Assembly (NCBI RefSeq): GCF_009914755.1
Contig: NC_060931.1
Origin: the human T2T-CHM13v2.0 reference genome, Homo sapiens
Direction: 5' to 3' (one strand)
DNA: 64,000 nt
Part shown: positions 14,439-28,115 of the stretch, piece after piece
How the letters are laid out: each line of letters opens with the position of its first letter
Numbering within the stretch: the first letter of the stretch is position 1
Translations under genes and position numbers: made by a program
The notes under the pieces: model-generated
Told to the model about the DNA's origin: nothing
What the model saw: the letters and a program-made list of their open reading frames with translations, nothing else
The model's database searches: none

Positions 14439-17369
14439 ATGAACTAAGCATTGCACCTCTTAATTTCTGTTACTTCTTTTGGGATATGTATGAAGGATCA
14501 CACATTCATTTTTGAAGAAATTAAGGCCAAATGTTCCAACTTTAATCCCCACAGTTAGGAACGTGCTCTTTGTCCATCTATTTTAGATATTTAAAATAAT
14601 TTCACTACAGCATAATTCAATGACTCAAACCAAAACTATCAAATCACACGGGGGATTTCTGAATGACAAATTATTTGCAATAATCAGGCATATATTGTGA
14701 TTAAATATTGAGAGACTAAGAATGAGGTAATGTAGTCTTTAGATGAAGAAAATAAGTTCAAGGATGAACAGCGCTAATTATTTATATTCACCCTTCCAAG
14801 TAACTAAAAAAAAAAAAAAAATACAAGTATATATTAAAATCCATGGTTTCCCAAGAAGCACTGGTGTCTGTAAATAAGTATGGCAGCTCTATGGCTATGA
14901 GTCTTGGCCTACACTAAGTATCCAAACCATAATATTTTTTGGAGAGGTTCAAAAGAGTTCCAGAATTAACACAGCACCAGATGATGGCCTAGAACTAATC
15001 CAAATCCCTCCCAATTTCAAGGCTTGCTAGAACTAGGCTTGGGCTTGCATTAACACTGGTCATACTTTGACTTCCTGTGCGTGGGTACATTCTTTTAATG
15101 CTTCCATGTTAAACCCTCTATAAAATACTTTACTGGATTAAGAAGAAAGTGGTAGACTTTGGGGGAGGAGGTCTATTAGTGTTAACTAATCTGGTCTGAG
15201 AATTTTCATATTTTCTCCAGCCCATCACCTACTCAAAGTCATCCATAAACATGACACATATTTCTCCTGGTCTCTAGCTTATAATTTTAGCTTCATTGAA
15301 ATGGAATACAAAGTTAGTTCTAAATCGGAGTCTAGTCCAAAATGCTTATCTGCTTACTTGTCTGTCTCTTTGCTAAACTGCAAATGTGTATGAGTTGTGT
15401 TTTACTCATCTCTGTATTCCCAATGACTGGCACATGGGAAAACAGCAAGTGTTTTAAGAAAGAATGAATAAATGAAAAAGCAAATTCAATAAACATTATA
15501 AAGACCTATGCAGCAAGAAAACAAACAAAAAAACAAACAGATAAAATAGACACATTAATAAGAGACTCACATCCCCCTAACCCTGCAAAAAAAAAAAAAA
15601 AAAAACTTGATTCTCTTCCAAGATCTCATAGATCAACAAATGTCGTGAAATATAGTACAGTATAGTGGGAAAACTTAGACATGGGAGCTGGGACACATAA
15701 CTAGATGTAGGGTTCCTCCTCTTGACTTCAGTTTCCTTACCCAGACAAAAATATAATACTAAAGTCCCTTTCAGGCTCTGATATTCTGATTCTATTAAGC
15801 ATAGTAGTAACTGGACACTGAGAATTACAAAAACATTAGAAATGTAGAACATAAATAGGCACTCTGACTTATGAATTTCTAGCTAAAGTACACCAAACAG
15901 GGAAACAAAATACCAAAAACACAATCAAGAAAGAGTGGACATTCACCTAAGCTACCTGCATTAATAGCATGGACCAGGAACCAAGAGCTTGCAACAGAAG
16001 ATGGATACCTCAAAGGAATACTGGTTTCTCTCCTGGGTTCCTCAGCGGCCAAACTTACTCTGTGACCTTGGCTGGCAACTTAACCTGTCTGTGCATCATG
16101 CGCAAAATGAGAATCATATTAACCTCTACCTCTTAGGGCTCTTAAGACGTTTAATTGAGCTAATATGCATAAAGTGCTGAGCATTGCTGTGTGTCATAAA
16201 CAATAAATTTTAAGAAAAGAAAAAGCCTCCAGGCTTGCCTACTCCTCAAAAGCGAGCACAACCACGCCGCTAACAGTAGACTCACATTTCTTTCCTCTGT
16301 CACACTGTAGTAAGACCTTCACGATGGCTCCATATTAATCCCCCACCCTTACATTATTTTGGAAAAAAAATAATTAGAGCCCAATAAGCCCTCTCTTCAA
16401 CTTCAAACTTCAGGCATGCATGTTCAAGATAAATAAATTACCATTTTAATGTTGTATTTCATCAAATTTAAGACAATTTTTTTACACATTTTAGCATCAG
16501 TGAAATAGGGATGCATCTTACAATAGATGACACCTTAGATCAGATGAATGTGGTAATAATGTTTTGGGGTTATTTTCCATTCCAAATGTTTGTTTCCATG
16601 ATTTCATGAATTGCATAGAATCTTTTGTAGCCTTCCCAAGAAAACTTACCACTGTTTGTAATGTTATTTCTATGAGAAAATTAATAAAAGAATATATGAA
16701 AAAAATGAAAATGTTTTGTTAAATGGTGGCTTCTTAAACACCAAAGATCATTTCCAAAATTCCGAACCAAGGTCTGTTAAACGACTAGTGAGAAAAAAAA
16801 TTCAATGACAAATAAACCAAAGTTCTGATCACGCCATCATCAATAACAAGTGAAACTGATAACAAATATGATTATCTGAAGAGTGGGAAAATGATTCAGG
16901 TAAATTGGCTTCAATTTTTGTCCACCTAACTCATTTTGCAGAATGGCCACCAGGTTACACAGTCAAGTCATGTAGCCCTAGATTCACTCATCTTCATGGG
17001 AAAAAAAGAAGAGGGGAGTGCAGGGGACAAAACAGACAAACCCAGAAACACCAAAGTGCCATCAGTGTTTTGGGATTTTTTTTAATACAGTATTGGAAAG
17101 CCGCAGCTTCAGTCAAGGACCATTCCGTCCTGTGTATAACTACATCTCACAGCTGCACCTTCCCCACTGATAACCCACAACATCAAAAAATGTTAATCCT
17201 TGTTCAAGTTACTGAACTAATTCATTCTCTCTCGCGCTCGAGCGCTCTTTCTCTCTCTCTCTTCCGCTCCCCCCACCCCCATTCCCCTGAAATCAATGTC
17301 TGAAAAGCACATTTCTTCTTCTGAAGCTGTCAGGATAGACAGACATTCAGCCCCATTCAACCGAGGAGG

Positions 17370-18540
17370 GTGGGTAAACTGCTTCTCCCCGCGCCCCGTC
17401 CCGCGCGAGCGCTCACAATGGGCTGCATAGTCCCGCAGGGGCTGAAGAGTTCAGGAAACCCAGACTTGCAAGGCGCCCAACTTCCACCCATCTCCGATCC
17501 TTGCTGGAGAATGGGTCTGTGTCTCGGAGAGTGGGCAGCCCAAGATGGACAAGGAGAGAAGTTTGTGATCAGTTTGGCTAAGCTGGGCGTGGGGAGGGAA
17601 GGGGGAAAGAACCACCCCGAAATCTCCATCCACCGCCCCCTCAGCCAGCCGTCCCCTCTAAGCACGCCGTCCACAAATTAACAAGCCGTTGTTTCCTCAG
17701 CTTCATCAGTTCTTTATTCCCCAGCCACAGCACCACCACTGTCCGCCAAAAAAGAAAGAAAAGAAATCCGAATTGCAATCCCTCGCCTTTCTACTTAGAA
17801 ATGCTGGAGCTGCGCTGACCGCTCTCCCTCCCTTCCTCGCAGTGAAACTCTCTGCGTTTCCGCTCTCCCTCCATTCCTCGCAGGGAGGCCCGAATGCTCG
17901 CCGCCTTCTCCCTCTCTCGGCCCGGCCGGGGTCGCCTCGCGGCGCCGGGACCCGAAGGCCAGGCTCGCGGGCCCCTCCCAGCGACAGCCCGAGCCCGGCC
18001 CGCTATCTCCACCGCATCTCACAGGCTGAGCCCACCCGCGCGTCTGCTCAGCTCTCCGCGGGGACCTCTCCTCTCCTCACCTCGTCCGCTCTGGGGCGCC
18101 GACTTGTCCCCCGCCGCCTCGAATCTTCCGAGTCGCTGCAGGGGAGGCTCCGAATTCCTAGAAGAAACTGGGATGGAAGGCCGGGAAGTAGGAGGTGTTT
18201 GCTCAACTTCTGAGGACGTCACGCCTCTGCCTCCCGTAGCCAATCAGCAGCCGCCCTGAGGGAACAACCTTCTCATCTGCCAATCGGCGGCGCTGCCAGT
18301 TGCTACGTCATGCCCGGCCCCTGCTCCTCCCCAAGATCCTTCTGTCTCTGATCTCTGATCTCTGACCTGCGTTCTTAGCTGGGACGTCGAGTTCTCCCAG
18401 GATAATTATCGACCAGGTTTGTAACTGTCCGTGGCAGAAGGCGGGCGGGGACGGAAAGCAACGAAAATAGTCTGGGCATTACGCTCTAAATAGAGGTGCA
18501 CATCTCCTGGGGAAAAGTTGCGAGCGCCGGTACCTCACGT
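17370..18540. promoter_or_regulatory. CpG island / AASS promoter
   Basis: Dense CpG and high GC; CCAAT at 18240-18244 and 18280-18284; CRE-like TGACGT (minus) at 18216-18221 and 18305-18310; GC box near 18440; no TATA evident. Confidence 0.85.
18081..18170 (-). other. AASS: AASS non-coding exon 1 (TSS approximate)
   Basis: Donor GAG|GTGAGG at 18081/18080 inside the CpG island, just downstream of CCAAT/CRE motifs; no ATG in the exon. Confidence 0.75.
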
Positions 18541-18984
18541 TTGTTTAGCTATAGACACTTTTCAAAGCATTTCACCGCCTTGTCACAACCCTGTGAAGCC
18601 AGATAACAGTTCTTACAACAGTTTTAGAAGCCAGCAAGCGGAGAATCTGAGAAATTAAAACTGAGTGTGTTCATGTGCATATGGCAATGTCCAATGTTAT
18701 TGAAAAGTCCTAACTACCTAGGAGGCCTGGAGGGAGGGGGAAAACGTATTTCATAGACACTAGCCCCAGCACTAGGAACTGAAGAATCGTCTGAAGCCCA
18801 GCTGTGATTCCCCAAGGCGTCAACGGTCAGAAGTTAATCTTCCCTCCTGTTTTTACAACTTTCTCCACCACTTACTCTTCTTATACCTGCCATAGATGTA
18901 TTTAGCTACTGAACTCCTATGTCAACAATCTATAGCCAGAACGTTCTTGAGACTCCACTCATATCTCCAATTGCAGAGAAAATT

Positions 18985-19125
18985 ATTTATTTATTTATTT
19001 GTGGTAGACATAGGGTCTCGCTGTGTTGACCAGGACACTGGTCTGGAACTCCTAGCCTCAAGCTATCCTCCCACCTCGTCCTCCCAAAGCACTGGGATTA
19101 CAGGTGTTAGCCACTGTGCCCAACC
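18985..19125 (-). mobile_element. Alu monomer (FLAM-like)
   Basis: Single reverse-complement left-arm-type monomer. Confidence 0.8.
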
Positions 19126-19230
19126 CCAAATTAGAATTTTATCTGTAAGTAGAGTTGGAATTTTCTTCTGTATCTTCAGCTTCACATTTCCAAAATCGGA
19201 TCCCTTATCATTCTTGGAAAGTCTTCCAAA

Positions 19231-19550
19231 GGCTGTGTAGTGGTTCACACCTGTAATCTCAGCACTTTGGGAGACTGAGGCTGGAGAATCACTTGAGCCC
19301 AGGAGTTTAAGACTAACCTGGGCAACGTAGCAAGACCTGTGTCTACTAAAAATAAAAATAATAAAAATAAATAAAATTTTAAAAAGCCAGGTGTAGTGGC
19401 ACATACCTGTGGTCCCAACTACTTAGGAGGCTAAGGTGGAAGGATCACCTGAGCCGCAGGATGTTGAGGCTGCAGTGAGCCATGATCATGCCACTGCACT
19501 GTAGTCTGGGTGACAGAGTAAGACCCTGTCTCAAAAAATAAAATAAAATA
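19231..19550 (+). mobile_element. AluJ
   Basis: Diverged dimeric Alu; TSD-like aaag(t/c)cttcc. Confidence 0.88.
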
Positions 19551-20742
19551 AAGCCTTCCCTTTTGTGCTCACCAGCTCTGTTACTAATATCACTGCCTTC
19601 CTACTCACCACCTATCCAGACTTAAAAAGCCACGGTCACTTCAGTTCTTCCTCTGGCCCCTCAGCCTTACCCTTGGTGTTGACACTGTCCTTTAAAAACC
19701 CCACTACTATCACCCTACTTCAAACCCCTTTTTATATATAACGTAGACCATATTTTTTTAAGCATACAACTCCAATTGTCTCATTGGCCTAAGCAAAAAG
19801 CCTCAGAGACTACCCAGTACTTGTGGAACATTAGCCCAACGTTCTTCACATAATGTTAGTTGCTTCAGATGTGGCCAAAATCAATGACCTTGGCTTTATT
19901 TCTGCAGCAGAACCAGCCTGAAACCACCACTGAAACACAATTTATGTCTTGCTATCTTCCTAAGGATTAAGCATCTGGGTAAGAATGTAAGAATCCTTAC
20001 TCTTCTCCTTTGAGTTGTAAATCATGGGCAAGTTACTTAGTTTTCAAAAAAAGCCTGTGCTCCATTATCTGTTAATGGGTTAATAATAGCCACTACTTCG
20101 TGGAGTCATGAGAACAAAATGAGATAATGGCCAAAGTGCCCTGTTAATTGTCTCACTGAAGAAACTGGAAATCATTATTTATTTTCCTCCAAATACCTCA
20201 TGTTGTGGACTTATCTGTAATTCTAATTTACAAAAATATTCACCTTTCTAAAACTAACCAGCCCTTTGGGGTTCAGCTCAAATGCCACTTAAATAATGAA
20301 AACTTTCCTGAATATTTCAACCACATGTGATTGTTTCCCTTCTCCCTTGTGTATTGGCCTCTCTTATTGTACTTATCACATTCTTCCTTTTATCACAGTT
20401 ATTCATACTTACCTTATCCACATTGCTCAGCTCACCTGTCATCACCACCATAAAATAAGAATATGTACGTGGACTTCCTCTTTTCTTTTCTTTTCTATTT
20501 ATTTATTGCTTCTAGTACGATGCTATGCGTGTAATAAGTCAGTTGGGGTCTTAGCAGGAAATAGGTGGCACAATCCAACTGGGTAAATTAGGAGACACAA
20601 AAGGACTGAGTGTATGCAGGGATAAAGGAAAGTGGCAGTATATGTGCCATGTAGTCCCTGGGACTAGCAACACTGACAATCACTCGTAGGCCTAAACAGG
20701 GCCAGGGAAAGAAATAATTACCAGAACTCAGGAATAGTTCTA

Positions 20743-21163
<421 letters not shown>

Positions 21164-21173
21164 CTACCTAAGG

Positions 21174-21405
21174 CAGGGGTCAACAAACTTTTTTCTGTAA
21201 AGGGCCAGAAAATAAATATTTTAGGCTTCACAGATCATACCATCTCTGTCATGTCATGACTACTCAACTCTGCTGGCTGGAATGTAAAAGACAGCTATAG
21301 GCCATATTTAAATGGATATGTGTGGCTGTGTTTTGATAAAACTTAATTTACAAAAGTAGGCTGCAGGGCAGATAGGGCCTCTGGGCTACAGTTTGCAGAC
21401 CCCTG
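21174..21405. mobile_element. hAT-Charlie MITE (MER58A-like)
   Basis: TIRs CAGGGGTC...GACCCCTG and typical internal ctgtaaagggccag. Confidence 0.82.
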
Positions 21406-22525
21406 TTCTTCCATAGGGAAGGAATAATCTTACTTCACTCTCCTCCTGCCCCTTCATCTCCTGCTGATGGCTTCTACTATTTGGACATAAATAGAGCCAG
21501 ATTGTTAGTGAAGTCCAAAAAGATCACCTCCCATTCTGGGGACAGAGCAGGTGCAGAAAGGGACAGAAATTCTAGAGGGTTCAAAGGAGAATATTCAACA
21601 CAAAATGTTTTCAGCAACTACTTGTTGAAATGAATGAATCGTATGACTGGTCACTGTGAATCCCACTGCAAATGATTGAACGCTCATGGAAAAACTGCTG
21701 AAATTTAATTCCTAAGTAGGAAAAGCTGGGAAAGGGCCCTGGACCATCATGACTTCAACAAGGACCTGAGGCTCAGTGTGCTTCTCTCTTGCTTTACTTT
21801 AGGAATTTTGCAAAATATACACATGAGAAATACTGGTTCTTGAAATGAGGAATTTCAAACATTTTTCAGTGTAGTGACATTTGTTGTAATGAGTGTGACA
21901 GATCTCAGAAATTTCTTTATAATGAAAAGGGATAACAGATGAGAGACAAAAACAAACCTTGGATACCCCTCAGGTCAGCTCCTGCAGTCAATCCCTCAAA
22001 TGTTTTTAATAAGGGAGACCTCTTCCATCCACATTGGGTGCTGAGTCCATGCTCCTGAAATTGGGAAGTTGATTCTAGCCACTCAGGCTGCCTCTCTTTC
22101 TCCCACCTACTTTGGTTTTCTCTCTTCCCCAGTCATTCTCTATTTTCGTCTGGTTCTTCCTGTGAGGTCCTGAAAGGTAGTGGTTTGGCACTTGAGCACC
22201 AGAGTGAATGGGACTTAGATTTAATCCCTTCTTTGCCTCTCACTAGCAAGTCACTAAGTCTCGCTTTCTCCCATCAGGACAGTGGAGAACATCATAGGGT
22301 TGTCAAGATTAAATGAGCCATGTTCTTAATATATGTGAGCTAATGTTAAAGCTTACTAGTTTGTCCTGTTTTATCACCCCCTCACCTTTCATTGCATTTG
22401 GAACCCAGTCTCACTTTTAAATAAGTTTTTCTATAAAGATAAAACAAGTAGGTATTTGAGAGGAGAAGGAGGAAGAAATCCAGCATGCTCCTAAATGTGT
22501 TCCATTTATTTCTCAAAATTTTATA

Positions 22526-22751
22526 CAGTTAAGTCCTCACTTAACATCATCAACACATTCTTGGAAACTGTGACTTTAAGCAAAACAACATGCAGCAGGT
22601 CATTGAATAGCATAATTTTATTCAATATAGTTTTGTTATAACATTGATAAGAAAAAATGGTTTTGTTACATACATATATATATATATGTCATTTTGCTTA
22701 AAGTCATAGTTTCCAAGAACCTATGGATGACATCAAGTCAAGACTAATTGT
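22526..22751. mobile_element. Palindromic Tigger-type MITE (MER6-like)
   Basis: Long inverted arms (ttcttggaaactgtgactttaagcaaaa / ttttgcttaaagtcatagtttccaagaa) with TA flanks. Confidence 0.72.
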
Positions 22752-23664
22752 ATTTCTTAAATGAACAGCAATTTTTACCATATCATCTATGATATGCCCA
22801 CCCTAATAAATTATTCTACTTATTGTAAATAGAACTGCCTTATAGGCAGAAACTGCAAATTCAAAATAAGAAGTAATTTAGAAAAGAAAAGTTTTTAAAT
22901 GACAATTACTATTGTTGCCTAACTCTCATATTGTCTTGTAAATGACACACACATTTTTTACTTGCAAAGAATTTAAAAATCAATTCAGGTAAAACAAGAG
23001 CAGGAACCACCCACAGGTAAATCTAAATCTCACTTCCTGCAACCAGGACTGTTCTCCCCCACGACCACCACCCTTAGATGAAAGAAGGAAAGAAAATGAA
23101 TTCCTAGTTTACCTCCTCTGCCATTAGTCATTAGTCATATTTAGGGAATCCTTCTTGAAAAAATTTCAAGAAAATTCCAAGCCTCTTGGCATTTTAGGGC
23201 CAACTTTTATTGGCTTCTAATGTTTTAAAAAAACTTCCCAAGAGTCTGTGGCTTCTTTTGAAAGTTACACGTGCGGTACACCTCACTCAGCAGATTTGCT
23301 GCTCGTAACTGCCCGCTTAGTAACTGTTACCACAAGTCTATCAGGACTTTTGAATTTTCAGTTACACTTCACTGTAATGAATGCATGACAGTTATATTTT
23401 ATAATAATATAAGCAAATTTGGAGAATGCAAATTTCAGGATATATCTCACTGACATAATGGATCTAATGTATGCAAATCCAGGAAGAAAATCCAGTGTTC
23501 CCTTCCCCATCTTCTTTTGAGCAAAAGTCTCAAAAGAAAAGATGTTTTAAAGAACTAAGAAAAGATTGGGGAAGAAGATGGGAAAAAATTAAAGCACAAA
23601 TAAAACACACAAGTAATCTTTCTGGGGGTTGAGCTGGAGAGAGCTAACAGACCAGGTTTAGGAG

Positions 23665-24089
23665 TGTCGACCTAAAGGAAAAAACTGAGGCAAACTTAAT
23701 ATAAGTGAAGAGTTTATTTGGTTGAAGTTTGAGGACTAGAACCAGAGAGCATATATTCAACTTGCCCCGAATATACACTCCCATTAGCAGTGTACCTGCT
23801 GTAAAGTACAAGTAAATTTTTAAAGGAAAGGAAAAGGCAGTTCCTAAGTTATTTACCAATAATTTACATTATTGCTATTGATTGGCCATACATTGTTCTT
23901 TGTATCACAAATCCCAGGAACATGGAGATAATGGATAAGGCAGCTAGTTAGGAAAAAAATTGCTTTAAATAATTGTCCTCCTCCACCACCACCACTATGG
24001 GTAAGTCCTATACTCATGACTCTCTGGGCCTGACAAATTTTGCACAACTCACATTCCTCAGACTGCTCTGAACTATTTTCCTTTTCTCA
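23665..24089 (-). mobile_element. Solo ERV1-class LTR (MER4-group-like)
   Basis: TG...CA termini, 4-bp TSD ggag/ggaa, AATAAA on the minus strand. Confidence 0.7.
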
Positions 24090-24282
24090 GGAAATAAAAG
24101 AGGAGTCAGGATTTTTCCTTCCAGTCTCAGTCTGGATCAACTGAATGAAAGCAACCTTTCACAGTAGTCATTTCACTATTGAGATGAGAAGGAAATAAAA
24201 AGAATATATATATATGTATATATGGCATGTTCTCACTTATAAGTGGAAGCTAAATGATGAGAACACATGAACAGATGGGGGA

Positions 24283-24285
<3 letters not shown>

Positions 24286-24328
<43 letters not shown>
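24286..24328. repeat. (CA)n microsatellite
   Basis: About 21 uninterrupted CA units. Confidence 0.95.
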
Positions 24329-24333
<5 letters not shown>

Positions 24334-24772
24334 GCCATGTAAGAAGTAGCAGCTAAGAAAAATAATCAAAGTATAGGCAAGGCCACAGCAAAAAAATGTA
24401 AAGTAAAATGGAGAAAGTATCCCCAACATTCAACTGACTCTCATGATAATTGCCATCTGTGTAGTTCCTCAGAAACAGACATAATAGAATTTAAAAGGGA
24501 CAGAAAAAGAAAAGCAGAGGAGGATGCTCTCATTGGATGGTAAACTGTTGATACTGCCCATGATAGAAACAGACATTTTTGTCTTATTTACTATTATTGA
24601 ACAACCCCAAGATTCTAAAACAAAACAACAGTAAGCCACACACACACACACACACAAAAGGCAAGAATTTAATAAACAGAGTGTTGTCTGCACCTATATA
24701 CACAGGTTAATTCCAAAATGTTTGTTAATTGTTCTGTAAACATGGTTAAGAAAAATACTCCTTCTATCCTAA

Positions 24773-25143
<371 letters not shown>

Positions 25144-25914
25144 TAATGTTTTTACTTCTAAAAGTCAGAGACTTGAGTTCTGTGTCTTTGAAATCCACCA
25201 GGATCAACTAGCTGCCCTACACACAGTGGGGGTCTGAGGGATCTGTGCAGTTATGTGAAGAAGTAGATTTGGACCTGGAGAAAACAGAGAAATGAAAAAG
25301 GAACAAAATGAGGGAAGGTGGATAAAAATAAAGTGAGTGGAGGATGAGGGGCTGACAATAGGAGGATTGAGCCAAAGTTTACTTACTGCATAGGGAACCT
25401 TAAACCCCTTCCTCTCTTTGCTTCCAGAATGCCTGCAGCTAGGCCTTTGCCCTCCAGACAGAAAATTAAAAAAAACAAACAAACATTTTCTCTGTAAAAC
25501 TTTCCCAGCCAACTTTCAGATGTGGAATTTGAAAAGAAAGAGGAGTCAATAGTAACACTAAGATTTTAGGCCTCAACAATTTAGAAGCAATAAGTTGCCT
25601 TTAACTAAAATGGGGAAGACACTTGAAGGGCAGGGTAGGAGAAAGATCAGGAGTTTGGTTGCGAACAACTCAGGTTTGAGATTTTCATTATGTTAACCAG
25701 TAAATAATATCCAAGTTACCAGTGGCTAATCCTTATGGGTCTGCAGCAATCTCAGTTCTTGCCTTCTCAGAAGAAATAATTCAGCTGAGGGGCATAAGGA
25801 AGAAAAAGAGACTGAAGCAAGTTTCAGAGCAAGAGTAGAAGTTTATTTTAAAAGGCTTTAGAACCACATTTCCAGGAAAAATGTAGTTTCCTAGAAGTCT
25901 AATGAAGAAATAAA

Positions 25915-28115
25915 ATTTGATTTGCATTTCTCTAATGATCAGTGATGTTGAGCTGTTTTTCATATGCTTGTTGGCTACACATATGTATTCTTTTGAAAAG
26001 TGGCTGCCCATGACCTTTGTCCATTTTTTTTTTTAACTTTTAAGTTCAGGGGTACAACTGCAGGTTTGTTACATGGGTAAATTGTGTAATGGAGGTTTGT
26101 TGTAATATTATTTCATCACATAAGTATTAATCTAGTACCCATTAGTTATTTTCCCTGATCCTCTTTTTCCTCCCACCCTCGACCCTCCAAAAGACCACAG
26201 TGTGTCTTGTTCCCCCTATCTGTTCATGTGTTCTCATCATTTAGCTTCCACTTATAAGTGAGAACATGCCGTATTTGGTATTCTGATCCTGTGTTAGTTT
26301 GCTAAGGATAATGGCCTCCAGCTCCATCCATGTCTCTGCAAAGGACATGATCTCATTGATTTTATGTCTGCATAGTATACCATGGTGTATATGTACCATA
26401 TGTTCTTTATCCAGTCTGTTATTGATGCCTTGCCCAGTTTTAAATGGGTTGTTGTTGTTTTTTTTCTTGTAAATTTGTTTAAGTTCCTTACAGATACTGG
26501 ATATTAGAACTTTGTCAGATGCATCGTTTGCAAAAATTTCCTCACGTTCTGTAGTTGTCTGTTTACACTGTTGATAGTTTCTTTTGCTGTGCAGAATCTC
26601 TTTAGTTTAATTAAATCCCATTTGTTAATTTTTGCTTTTGTTGCAATTGCTTTTGATGTCTCCATCATAAAATCTTTGCCAGTTCCTATGTCTGTTGTCT
26701 TCCAGAGTTTTTCTAGTTTTTGGTTTTACATTTAAGTCTTTAATCCATCTTGAGTTGATTTTTGTGTATGGTATAAGGAAGGGGTCCAGTTTCAATATTC
26801 TACATTGGGCTAGCCAATTATCCCAGCACCATTTATTAACTAGGAAATCCTTTCCCCACGGCTTTTTGTCAGCTTTGTCAAAGATCAGATGGTTGTAGGT
26901 GTGTGGCCTTATTTCTGGGCTCTCTATTCTGTTTTATTGGTCTGAGTCTGTTTTTGTACCAGTACCATGTTGTTTTGGTTACTGTAGCCCTGTAGTATAG
27001 TTTGAAGTCAGGTAGTGTTATGCCTCCAGTTTTGTTCTTTTTCTTAGGATTGCCTTGGCTATTTGGGCTCTTGTTTGGTTACATATGAATTTTAAAATCG
27101 TTTTTCCTAGTTCTGTCAAAAATGTCATTGGCAGTTGGGTAGGAATAGCATTGAATCTATAAATTGCTTTGGGGAGTGTATTAGTCCATTCTCACACTGC
27201 TATAAATAACTGCCTGAGACTGGGTGATTTACAAAGGAAAGAGATGTAATTGACTCACAGTTCTGCATGGCTGGGGAGGTGATAGGAAACTTACAATCAT
27301 GGCGCAAGGAGAAGCAGGCATGTCCTACATGGCAGCAGGTGAGAGAAGGGGAAAATGCCGCTTATACAATCATCAGATCTCATGAGAATTCACTCACTCT
27401 CATGAGAACAGCATGGGGGAAATTGCCCCCATGGTCCAATCACCTCCCACCGGTTTTCTCTCTTGACATGTGAGGATTATGGGGATTACGATAGGAGATG
27501 AGATTTGGGCAGGGACACAGAGCCAAACAATATCAAGCAGTATGACCATTTTAACAATATTGATTCTTCCTATCCAAGAGCATAAAATGTTTTTCCATTT
27601 GTTCCTGTCAACTCTGATTTCTTTGAGCAGAATTTTGTAATTCTGATTGTAGAAATCTTTCACCTTCATGGTTAGCTGTATTCCTAGGTATTTTAATTTT
27701 TTTGCGTGGCAATTGTGAATGGGATTGCATTCCTGATTTGGTTCTCAGCTTGACTGTGAGTGGAGTGTAGGAATGCTAGTAATTTTTGTATGTTTATTTT
27801 GTACCCTGAAACTTCACTGAAGTTGTTTATCAGCTTAAGGAGATTTTGGGCCAAGACTATTGGGTTTTCTAGATGTAGAATCATGTTATCTGCAAACAGG
27901 GATGTTTTGACTTTCTTTCTTCCTATTTGGATGCCCTTTATCTCTCTCTCTTGCCACATTGCTCTGGCCAGGACTCTCAATACTATGTTGAATAGGAGTA
28001 GTGAGAGAGGGCATCAGTCTTGTGCTGGTTTTCAAGGGGAATGCTTCCAGCTTTTGCCCATTCAGTGTGATTGGTTCAGGTTTGTCATAGATGGCTCTTA
28101 TTGCTTTGAGGTGTG
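25915..28115 (-). mobile_element. L1 ORF2 fragment carrying a nested L1 3' end (~26025-26428) and a THE1/MST LTR
   Basis: Minus-strand ORFs translate to L1 ORF2 pieces ([31 protein letters not shown]). Confidence 0.88.
27177..27535 (-). mobile_element. THE1/MST (MaLR) solo LTR
   Basis: tgtattagtccattctcac...gccaaacaatatca termini, interrupting L1 ORF2. Confidence 0.88.

Noticed and set aside
13586-14515. ORFs with LECSG.ISAHC.L.LPGS-type motifs (also at 20740, 24857, 33805, 35025, 39589, 43950)
   Set aside because: Generic Alu translations.
17357-18259. Several overlapping 60-174 aa ORFs in the CpG island
   Set aside because: Expected from stop-codon scarcity in GC-rich DNA; many have non-ATG starts, low-complexity Pro/Arg/Ala/Gly content and no recognisable domain.
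22526-22751. Long hairpin as a miRNA precursor
   Set aside because: Explained by the inverted arms of a Tigger-type MITE; the sequence gives no evidence of expression.
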